The notes under the pieces are model-generated. The model made no database searches and was not told where the DNA came from. It worked only from the letters and a program-made list of their open reading frames with translations. This document shows positions 36,722-46,400 of a stretch of DNA of 52,749 nt, one piece after another (positions within the stretch are counted from its first letter, which is position 1; every line of letters starts with the position of its first letter). Both the position numbers and the translations under genes were made by a program. Source of the DNA: Patiriisocius sp. (lineage in GTDB: Bacteria > Patescibacteriota > Minisyncoccia > Phycocordibacterales > UBA918); NCBI GenBank assembly GCA_047624725.1, contig JBLHQB010000002.1, positions 1 through 52,749 on the forward strand, given 5' to 3'.

Positions 36722-37348
36722 TTATTTTATTTCTGCGTAGTCGAAGAGGACACCGAAGGCTTTGCACCAGGTCATTATGTACTGGTATTCGCTGAGATCG
36801 GTGTCTTCGGGGAGTGTGTAGTTGATGTTTCCTTGGTTTCCTTTGGCTCGTCCGAGGTTTACGAATTCTGTGGCGTCGAGGTCTTTGGCTAGGTAGACAA
36901 AGAGGTCTGGGCCGTTGGTGCCTGCGTAGTTCTCGTATCGTACGATGGTTCCGTCGTTTGGGGTTTTGATTACACGGACAGCTCCGGAAGCTGTGTGCCC
37001 GGGTGTGGATTCGATAGTATATGGTCCTTGCACGGCAGGGGTTGCTGCTACGGGTGCAGGTGCTATTTCGATTTGTATTGCTGCAGGTGCTGAAGTTTCC
37101 GCCACTGGCTCTTCCTCGGCAAAGCGCTTTGAAAAATCTGCAAGATTATCATTTGTGATGAGTGTGTCTTGGGTAATGGTTGCAGGTGTTTCTTCTTTCT
37201 CTTGTACGGCGGGAGCTTGGTCAAGTAGTGCTTGCACGTCAGCAGGGAGTTCGTCTTCAACTATTGTTGTGATAAACAGAGGAGAGACGGTCCACCAGGT
37301 AAATAGGGCGATTCCTAGTGCTACGAGTACTATAAGTATCTTTTTCAT
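36722..37348 (-). CDS. DM13-domain secreted/membrane-anchored protein
   Basis: N-terminal anchor, an Ala/Pro linker, and a C-terminal GAVRVIKTPNDGTIVRYENYAGTNGPDLFVYLAKD...NINYTLP typical of DM13. Confidence 0.6.
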   Translation of the reverse strand: MKKILIVLVALGIALFTWWTVSPLFITTIVEDELPADVQALLDQAPAVQEKEETPATITQDTLITNDNLADFSKRFAEEEPVAETSAPAAIQIEIAPAPVAATPAVQGPYTIESTPGHTASGAVRVIKTPNDGTIVRYENYAGTNGPDLFVYLAKDLDATEFVNLGRAKGNQGNINYTLPEDTDLSEYQYIMTWCKAFGVLFDYAEIK

Positions 37349-37441
37349 ATAGTAATAATACTCCTTTTACAAAAAAATATTTCACTTTTATCACAATGTG
37401 CATGCTACTATAAAAGTACTTACAAATAATGATATTTATAT

Positions 37442-37858
37442 ATGCATTGGTTTATTGATCCTATTCAAAACAAGTACGCAGATTTTACGGGACGTACTTC
37501 ACGTAAGGAGTACTGGATGTTTATCCTGGTGTATCTTTTGATTTACATCCCATTGACCATCGTAACTGAGATGTTGGGTGTGCCACTTGTTGCAACTTTG
37601 TGTGGTCTGGTTATCGTTATCCCGTCTCTGGCTATTGCGGCTCGGCGGCTGCACGATATTGGAAGGAGTGGGTGGTGGCAGCTGATCTCGCTGATTCCGT
37701 TACTTGGAACTATTATCCTTATTGTTTGGCTGGCTACGGAAAGTGGCGAAGATAATCAGTATGGTGCAGGTGTGCACTCTGAAGATGTTCCAGCCCCGAC
37801 GCCTGAAAACGGCATGCATGAGGAGGAAGTTTCTACAGAGCAGAATCAAGTTTCGTAG
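37442..37858 (+). CDS. DUF805-family inner-membrane protein
   Basis: GRTSRKEYWMF... and RRLHDIGRSGWW... are signature DUF805 motifs. Confidence 0.75.
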   Translation: MHWFIDPIQNKYADFTGRTSRKEYWMFILVYLLIYIPLTIVTEMLGVPLVATLCGLVIVIPSLAIAARRLHDIGRSGWWQLISLIPLLGTIILIVWLATESGEDNQYGAGVHSEDVPAPTPENGMHEEEVSTEQNQVS

Positions 37859-37933
37859 GCCATAATGGATTCAGTGGGCAGTTGAGCTCGATAGATACAC
37901 AGGAGAACACTTGTAACTAATACTCAAACATAT

Positions 37934-37971
37934 AAAAAATCTATGTATCATATATGATACATAGATTTTTT
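37934..37971. terminator. 26-bp perfect palindrome flanked by A6/T6 (bidirectional terminator; palindrome copy 3)
   Basis: Identical 38-mer to 36220-36257, located between convergent genes 37442..37858 and pyrH. Confidence 0.8.
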
Positions 37972-37981
37972 GTTTGTTTTG

Positions 37982-38677
37982 TTAGTTGTGGATCTTTGTT
38001 CCGGTGAATGGTTTTCCGTCGAGGTAGTTTTTTAGGGAGAGTAGTTTTGTGCCGTTGAGTGACGCTACTTCGATGTTCTTTGCTTGTGCTTCTTTGGCGG
38101 CAACAGGGTCGAAAGGGGAGTTGAGTCCTGGTCCCCATTCTTTGGGGATGAGCTTTCGGAATGCTTCCCAGGTGATGTCTTCGATCTTTTCTGCGTCTGG
38201 GTTTGTCTTGGGGTCGGCGGTGTATACGTAGTCGATGTTTGAAAGGTTGATTACTTTCTTTGCTCCTACGCGTTCTGCAATCTGGATTGCGCGCAGGTCG
38301 GTGCTGGCTCCTGGTCGGTAGCCTGCGGCGATGATGAGCTTTGCACTTTCTGGCATATCAAGTACATCGTCGGGGTTGGTGACCATCACGCGGTGGGCGA
38401 GTTCACGGAAGATGGTCAGTAGGAGGTGGCCGTTCAGGCGCGTTGCGTGGAGTCCTAGCCAGTCGAGGTCCTCGTTTTCAAGCGTCGCTACTTCTCCTGC
38501 TGCTTCCTGGTAATTGCGGGCTGTGCGTCCTCCTCCGGCTATGATAATAAAACGACGGCCATTGGCCGTTTCGGTTTCGATGAGGTCTTTTAATGATGAT
38601 AGAAAGTGTGTATCAATGGCATCGGGAACAATAAGCGACCCACCTACTGACATTACGATTGTTTCTTGTTGTGACAT
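37982..38677 (-). CDS. pyrH: UMP kinase, archaeal-type (short form)
   Basis: VMSVGGSLIVPD..., IIIAGGGRTARNY and an amino-acid-kinase fold at ~230 aa, as in archaeal PyrH. Confidence 0.75.
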   Translation of the reverse strand: MSQQETIVMSVGGSLIVPDAIDTHFLSSLKDLIETETANGRRFIIIAGGGRTARNYQEAAGEVATLENEDLDWLGLHATRLNGHLLLTIFRELAHRVMVTNPDDVLDMPESAKLIIAAGYRPGASTDLRAIQIAERVGAKKVINLSNIDYVYTADPKTNPDAEKIEDITWEAFRKLIPKEWGPGLNSPFDPVAAKEAQAKNIEVASLNGTKLLSLKNYLDGKPFTGTKIHN

Positions 38678-38997
38678 GGTATGTGTATTGTATCAGAGTC
38701 TTTATTGATACTCCAAAGAATGGGTGACAGTACTGTTTATTACGCATGGTATATAGTGGAGATACATACTATGGTTATAAAGTATAGACATGCTCATATT
38801 TATTGAAATATTACAGCCCTTAAAATAAGGCTTAAATTGATCTAAAATATCGATAAAGTGTTACATCACACGTATAACGATATGACAAGTTGCACGATTC
38901 TAAATCCAGTGTATATTTCTCCGCACATTCCATGAGGGATGCGCACACGGCTTTCAGTCGTATTCTGTTCTTTACAAAACCTCGAAAGGGTAAACTT

Positions 38998-39528
38998 ATG
39001 ACCAAAAATTTTTTGATCACACTCGCAGCTGTTTCAGCAATGGCTTTTGGTTCCGCGGCCTACGCGCAGCAGACCACAAGCTACGACACATCAGGCGGCG
39101 GCGAGATCGAATGGGAATTCGAATTCGACGAAACAGAAGTTGAGACAGTTAATGCTGGCACTGACTACAGCTTCGGCGGTGGTGCAGGCACAAGCGGTGA
39201 CGTAAGCTTCGAAGCTGGTGATTATGCTCTCGTGGGCGCGATCGCCGCACAAGAAGCTGGCGGTTCTGGTAATGCGTATTCCAACACCAACGGTGGTGGT
39301 TTTGCAGAATCTGAATTCGAATCTGCGTCCTACGCTGCAAACGGCGGCCTGGGCTATGATGAAACCTTTGGTAACAATCCTGCCGAGGTTTCATTCGAGG
39401 GTGTCGTGACTGCTGGTGGTGCCGGTTCGGCAATCACTGGTGTGGTCAACGGATCTGAATACTCCTACGACCAAACTGCCGAAGGCAGCTTTTCCTACGA
39501 ATACAATAACGAAACGACAACCAACTAA
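38998..39528 (+). CDS. Secreted Gly/Ser/Glu-rich protein (island gene 1)
   Basis: Signal peptide MTKNFLITLAAVSAMAFGSAAYA|QQ with an upstream AAGGG. I prefer the ATG at 38998 to the long track ORF start. Confidence 0.6.
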   Translation: MTKNFLITLAAVSAMAFGSAAYAQQTTSYDTSGGGEIEWEFEFDETEVETVNAGTDYSFGGGAGTSGDVSFEAGDYALVGAIAAQEAGGSGNAYSNTNGGGFAESEFESASYAANGGLGYDETFGNNPAEVSFEGVVTAGGAGSAITGVVNGSEYSYDQTAEGSFSYEYNNETTTN

Positions 39529-39660
39529 TCCAACTGGATTGACTGTTTGTCAGAAGGGCTGCTCATTGAGTGGCCCTTTTTTCTTGCTATGTGTCAAGTA
39601 GTATGGTATAAAGCCTTCAGGATGAATAGTCCTTACACATGAAATGAAAGAGGGATTAAG

Positions 39661-40083
39661 ATGAACATTGTAACTAAATTCTTAGGGGTGCCACTGTTGC
39701 TGCTGGTTCAGGCATGTACAACGCCGCAGATTGCCGAAAGTCATCAGCACATAACTGCCGACCGCAGTCACTGGGCCGTCCAAATTTCTATGCACAGTGG
39801 TGTGCAGGGAACACCAACGCAAACAGTGATGGTGGTCTACAACAAATTTCAACGTGCACCGATTGCAACGATCAACGGGCAAACAAAAATTTTCTCGGAC
39901 AAGTTGGTTGATGCCTTCTTGGCACTTGGTCCTGCAATCGTACACGGCGAGTATGCGATTCAGGCCGCTGAGATCAATTGTCCACAGGGCACTTTGTGTG
40001 GAACCTTGGTTCAGGTAAGTAACCAGTCAGGGTCAAATGCGAATGCTGGTGCATCGGCGGGTACGCCCCTCCAGGGCAGCTAG
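39661..40083 (+). CDS. Putative lipoprotein (island gene 2)
   Basis: Lipobox-like LLLVQA|C, an upstream GAGGG, and a TGGTATAAA extended -10-like box at 39604-39612. Confidence 0.6.
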   Translation: MNIVTKFLGVPLLLLVQACTTPQIAESHQHITADRSHWAVQISMHSGVQGTPTQTVMVVYNKFQRAPIATINGQTKIFSDKLVDAFLALGPAIVHGEYAIQAAEINCPQGTLCGTLVQVSNQSGSNANAGASAGTPLQGS

Positions 40084-40332
40084 CCTATACAATTATAGTG
40101 TGACTAATGCGTCATACTAAAAAGCGAGAGGACACATGTCCCCTCGCTTTTTCTATTGCTTGACAGATCATATAATCGTGCTATCTTTCCCTCATCTTCG
40201 CGGAGGAAATAGTAGGGCCATCGGGTGCCTATAAAATCTTCTTCGATTGTGGCGCACGCCCTAATATTCACTTTGTGAGATATTAGCATTCAGAGCATGA
40301 CGCTTTGATATAACAATCGATAGGAAACGAAG

Positions 40333-40743
40333 ATGAAAAAATTTGTTCTTACAGCGACCGCAGTGCTTCTTCTGACAACAGGTATCGCAGCAGCTGATGA
40401 CTATGGCTATGGTGACTTCACCCCGTCATACGAAACTGCAGCTGACGCCTATGCGTCGGGCAGCAATCTGGGTATCAATGAAATCATCGAAGGGTATGGA
40501 GAAATTCATACTGAAGCGATGACCATGAACCAGACTGATGCTTGGGTTATCGAGTCCCTTCTGGGAGACGGTACACCAGGTAACGAGGTTGCGTCGTATG
40601 AGGTTGGGACCTTTGCATCTGCATGGGAAACATACGAATCGGGCGTACATGCCCAAAGTGACCGCCTGACCATTGTCAGCGGGATCTCTGAGCAAAGCTC
40701 ACGAGTCAAATCAATCATCAACCGCGCACAAAGCGGCATGTAA
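40333..40743 (+). CDS. Secreted acidic protein (island gene 3)
   Basis: Signal peptide MKKFVLTATAVLLLTTGIAAA|DD. The C-terminus is ...AQSGM. Confidence 0.6.
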   Translation: MKKFVLTATAVLLLTTGIAAADDYGYGDFTPSYETAADAYASGSNLGINEIIEGYGEIHTEAMTMNQTDAWVIESLLGDGTPGNEVASYEVGTFASAWETYESGVHAQSDRLTIVSGISEQSSRVKSIINRAQSGM

Positions 40744-41146
40744 CCAAATCACGAAGGCAGGGAATCTTTCCCTGCCTTCTATCTGTATAAATACTTGCTA
40801 AAATAGCATAAATGTGGTATAAAACACACGGCTAAAAAGTCGCTTGGGTAGAGCCTGGCGGCGAATGTGATCTTTGAAAATCAATATATTCTAATCATGT
40901 TCTAGAGATTGCATTGCGTTGCTACTATGTAACGCCTCAATTTCTATTTTGCTTTTAATTGTACACTGCGCACTTGTGCGTTTGTTTGATTAAAACTCTA
41001 AGCGTAGGCACCGTATTCATCTTGCCCTCACCGGCACCTCACTCGTCTCCCTTTTTCTTTTGAATTTGTGTGACCGTGAGGATGAGTACTACTTGTCCGC
41101 GTCACACGTCTGGTATTCCAGGCATTCATCTTGAAAAGGAGACGTT

Positions 41147-41758
41147 ATGAAACGTTCAGCTACAGCTACACTCGCACTTTTGGGACTTCTGTCTGTTAGT
41201 GCATGCGCTACCTCGTCTGGTACAGGGCCCGTTGCGGGAATTTCTCGCGACGCCTTTGCAGCTGCTCCGGCAGCCGAACAGAACACCATGGCAAACACTA
41301 TGCGCACACGAATCCATGGCGGTGATCGGTTTGACCAAATTGCCTTAATGGCAGGCCAAACGGTTACTGCAGGTTCGGGAAGGAATCAGATCACGATGAC
41401 CTGCCTTAAGGGCGTGTTGTCTATCAGTGTTGCCCAGTCGGCTAATGCGAATGTTCGTGCCATGTCCGGTGCGTACATTACACACGCCGACTATCACTGC
41501 AACGAAGTCGAAGGCGCGCTTATGCTCGCTAAGATTGAAGGCAGTGATCACATAGGTAAGCTGATTACCGCTGGTATCTTCCGTACAGCAGGACTCGTTG
41601 GTCAAGGTGCCGCTGCTGCAAGTATCCGCAGTGGCGGATCTGCTGTTCCAGCAACCGTGATCACGAACTTGGTTCAAGGCGGAGAAAGTGTTGCCATTGC
41701 TGATCAGCAAAGCATCACAACATCCGACTCGTCTTCACTTATTCAATCTGGTATGTAA
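41147..41758 (+). CDS. Putative lipoprotein (island gene 4)
   Basis: Lipobox LLSVSA|C, SD AAGGAG, and C-terminus ...IQSGM. Confidence 0.65.
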   Translation: MKRSATATLALLGLLSVSACATSSGTGPVAGISRDAFAAAPAAEQNTMANTMRTRIHGGDRFDQIALMAGQTVTAGSGRNQITMTCLKGVLSISVAQSANANVRAMSGAYITHADYHCNEVEGALMLAKIEGSDHIGKLITAGIFRTAGLVGQGAAAASIRSGGSAVPATVITNLVQGGESVAIADQQSITTSDSSSLIQSGM

Positions 41759-41770
41759 GGAGATACGACA

Positions 41771-42433
41771 ATGAAACGCATCATCATACTTCTCACATTC
41801 ATCTTTTGTGTGCAAACAGCTTCGGCGTTTGAATACTCAGAAGAAATTCATACACGCGCTCCTGAGGAATCAGGAGTGCCACAATGGATTGTCGCTACGG
41901 TAGAAAGGGGAGACACGGTCCAATCAGTATGTCATCGGTTACGTCATGTAATTGTTGGTGTCTATGGAGGTACTCACGCTGCAGCCACGCAAGGTTGTCT
42001 GCGGGGAGTCTTAAGCCAGAACCGTGAACGCTTCGCAAATATGCGCAGTCTCAATCGTATCAATGTAGGGGAGGAGGTTTTGCTTCCAGATCCTACCATT
42101 GTAATGAATGAGGTCGCTGCACAGATGCGTGCACGCAAAGCGTTGTTTGGTCTGGCAGAAAATCCGTTGGCGCATGTGACAGCAACCATTGCCAACACCA
42201 AAGCAATTGCTGAGGTACAAGAGGATCTTGCAGACCGTCCATCACGATCAGAAGTAACCACAGAGGTTACTGCTGCAATTGAGGATGCAGACTTTGTTAC
42301 CGACGAACAACTACAGGCTTCGCTTGGAGATACAGACTTCGTTACGCAGGAAGAACTTCAGGTTTCACTTGCAGCAATTCCTTCCGACGGTGGTCTGATG
42401 TTTTCAAGTTTAACGTGCACTGTTAATGAGTAG
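41771..42433 (+). CDS. Secreted protein with LysM-like segment and tandem acidic repeat (island gene 5)
   Basis: Signal peptide ...CVQTASA|FE, then VERGDTVQSV...NRINVGEEVLLP (LysM-like), then DADFVTDEQLQASLG / DTDFVTQEELQVSLA. The SD is AAGGAG. Confidence 0.6.
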   Translation: MKRIIILLTFIFCVQTASAFEYSEEIHTRAPEESGVPQWIVATVERGDTVQSVCHRLRHVIVGVYGGTHAAATQGCLRGVLSQNRERFANMRSLNRINVGEEVLLPDPTIVMNEVAAQMRARKALFGLAENPLAHVTATIANTKAIAEVQEDLADRPSRSEVTTEVTAAIEDADFVTDEQLQASLGDTDFVTQEELQVSLAAIPSDGGLMFSSLTCTVNE

Positions 42434-42640
42434 GATATATTGATCTACTAATATAGATGGCCCCAGGTCATCAAAGCTCCGTTTGTATATACAGGCGGGG
42501 TTTTTCTTTTGTGTGAATGTAGCAGTTTCGTTGGAACTGTTGACTTATTCCTATAAATATGTTATAAATACTCTTGAAATCGGGTCCAGTGAGGGCTCGA
42601 TATTTTGCATCGTATAGCACGATTTGACAGGAGAAATACC

Positions 42641-43768
42641 ATGGATATCAATACACCACTTGTAGAGCAGTTCGCGGCACCATTTTTGGGACCTTTTGGG
42701 GTATACCAAAAGCCGTTACCAAAATCATATCTTGGTGATGTGGAAATCACACAAAATTTCACGGGGTGGGATTTTACCCGGTTCCACGTATCTGACATTT
42801 CAGTATTTGCTGACAATGTCGACGTCGTGGGTGGCAACATCGACGACTACTATGATCGCGGAAGTAATACCAATGGACGCTTTGCTTCGGCTGACGAAGT
42901 GACGATCCAAGGATGGGGTAGTAAAAATACCTTCACTGCTGTCTATGACAATGCTGATCTGGGTGGTGTTTTCAACACCACTTCGATTCTCTTTGCATAC
43001 GACGATGTTCGTCAGGATGGGTATTACAATACTACCCACATTACGTTCGCGTTTGACGACATTGAAATCGGCGGCTTCGGTAACACAGTTTCCACTGGCT
43101 GGAATGATGACTATGTCACTTTGGAAGAAGGTGGCAACACGGTCTTCACCGGCCATGGCGAGGACGAAGTTGAAGGTTCTGGCGGTAATGATGAAATTCA
43201 TGCTGGCAGTGGCGACGACTTCGTTTTTGCTAACGCTGGCGATGATACTGTCTACGCTGGAAACGGTGATGATGATATTTATGGCAACGATGGCAATGAC
43301 TACCTTGAGGGTGGTGATGGCAACGATGACATTCACGGTGGAAATGGCAACGATGTGATTCTCGGCGGAAACGACGACGATCATCTCGGTGGTGGCAACG
43401 GTGACGATATCATGGGCGGCGGCGCAGGTAATGATTACTTGCATGGCGGCAATGGCAACGACACGCTGGTTGACGGCGATGGGTCAGACTATCTCTCTGG
43501 TGGCAACGGCGCAGACACCTTCTTGTTTGTTCAAGATGGCGAAAGTGACACTGGTTCATTGGGTTGGGGCGACAACGAAGCTGATCTTGTACTTGTACAA
43601 GGTGTGGGCACTGGTAGCGGTGACCTAACTCTGTACGGTGTTGGTACCGAGGACTCTGTTCTTGGCTTTACCGAAAGTGGTCACGAGATTGATCTCGGGG
43701 CATTGGCTCTTGCATCAGAAGGCTCGTTTACCATCGGTACCGATTACTTCGATATCAATTTTGCCTAA
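42641..43768 (+). CDS. RTX-type (hemolysin-type) calcium-binding repeat protein (island gene 6)
   Basis: About 15 consecutive GGxGxDxxx nonapeptides (GSGGNDEIHAGSGDDFVFANAGDDTVYAGNGDDDIYGNDGNDYLEGGDGNDDIHGGNGND...). There is no N-terminal signal peptide. SD AGGAG precedes the ATG at 42641. Confidence 0.8.
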   Translation: MDINTPLVEQFAAPFLGPFGVYQKPLPKSYLGDVEITQNFTGWDFTRFHVSDISVFADNVDVVGGNIDDYYDRGSNTNGRFASADEVTIQGWGSKNTFTAVYDNADLGGVFNTTSILFAYDDVRQDGYYNTTHITFAFDDIEIGGFGNTVSTGWNDDYVTLEEGGNTVFTGHGEDEVEGSGGNDEIHAGSGDDFVFANAGDDTVYAGNGDDDIYGNDGNDYLEGGDGNDDIHGGNGNDVILGGNDDDHLGGGNGDDIMGGGAGNDYLHGGNGNDTLVDGDGSDYLSGGNGADTFLFVQDGESDTGSLGWGDNEADLVLVQGVGTGSGDLTLYGVGTEDSVLGFTESGHEIDLGALALASEGSFTIGTDYFDINFA

Positions 43769-43981
43769 GTTCTCTTAAAGAAAGGTGTGGGCGCGCAATG
43801 TGCGCCCATACAACCCCGATAAAACTTTTACGTTTTATCGGGGTTTTATTTTATATTTTAAGTAATGGGATACTTAGTAAAAAATAGACGATCTTTAGAG
43901 AAGAGAGTACGTATTGGTGTACATACTCTATTACGTAATTGCCTTGTTTTAGGCCCTTTAAACATAAGTCACAAAGAGTGC

Positions 43982-44009
43982 TTGCATTAATTTTCATTGT
44001 CTGTATAAT
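43982..44009 (+). promoter_or_regulatory. Probable sigma-70 promoter of the 16S rRNA transcription unit
   Basis: TTGCAT (43982-43987), a 16-nt spacer, then TATAAT (44004-44009). It lies ~440 nt upstream of the mature 16S 5' end. Confidence 0.55.
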
Positions 44010-44451
44010 AGCGGACACTGTGTGACTGATAACGATGTTTTGAACATCCAGACTCAGAAGACATACAGTACTTTGACAATATTAAATACGTTGATCGATC
44101 GTTACGAGACGGTCGATCAGAATATACTAGTTGCAATGGTAGCGGCGTACTTTTGTACGTTTCATTGCAGCTGTATGCATCACCTTTCTTGTTGCATTAC
44201 GAACGTAACAAGAAAGAATAGCAAGACAAAAGATTTCCACCGTTTCAGTTTTTCCTTCATTGGAATGATTGCGACATCAATCTAAATACGAAGCTTTGCT
44301 TTGTACGACATTGAATTTTCTTTTGTCTTATCCTTTGGATGTCTAAATTAGTACGCGACATGAAGTACACGCGGAAATACATTTAGACGCAGGTAAGCAC
44401 ATTGCGATCTAGAAATGATTTATCATTTTTATTTCACTGAGCTACCTGTCT

Positions 44452-45910
<1,459 letters not shown>

Positions 45911-46400
45911 TGGACACGTCGTTGACCAGGGGTGACCCAAAATCAATAACGACTAATTGGTCGATGTTATGTGTCTCAATTGAGCACATAATTGGTAATA
46001 ATACTCAACAACCATAACTGGTATTTGACACTAGGAAAAGACTAGGAAAAAGGATAAGACAAAAGAGGATAGAAATCTCTTTTGCATGATGCAAAACGTA
46101 TTTAATATTGAAGAGGTATAAAAACCACAGTCTCTTAGACTGTGGTTTTTATATGTTTAAAGTCAGTGTATGCTGCCTGTTGGTTCAACTGCATGTGTTG
46201 ATGGACTTGATGCAGGTCCAGGACTAAGGTTGACTATAAATGTTTCAGTACAAGTCGTTGCTTAGAGCGTCTTCGTGTACAGGCACCTTATTTTGCTGTG
46301 CCAAAGTTACCCGTTAACAGGTAGATGACACTTAAAGCTAGGTATAAGAAAAGGACGGTCTGAATTAGACCGTCCTTTTCTGTGAGTATGGCGCTACTCT

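Noticed and set aside
36226-37965. Could the three identical 26-bp repeats be a mini CRISPR array?
   Set aside because: The repeats are perfect palindromes, irregularly spaced (447 and 1267 bp), and separated by protein-coding genes. There are no cas genes.
42696-43628. ORFs 42696..42902, 42800..43444 (-), 42945..43358 and 43389..43628
   Set aside because: These are out-of-frame or antisense readings of the GGxGxD repeat DNA. The low-complexity products (poly-I/V/A/T, M/T-rich) have no starts with SD sites, whereas the RTX frame has an SD.
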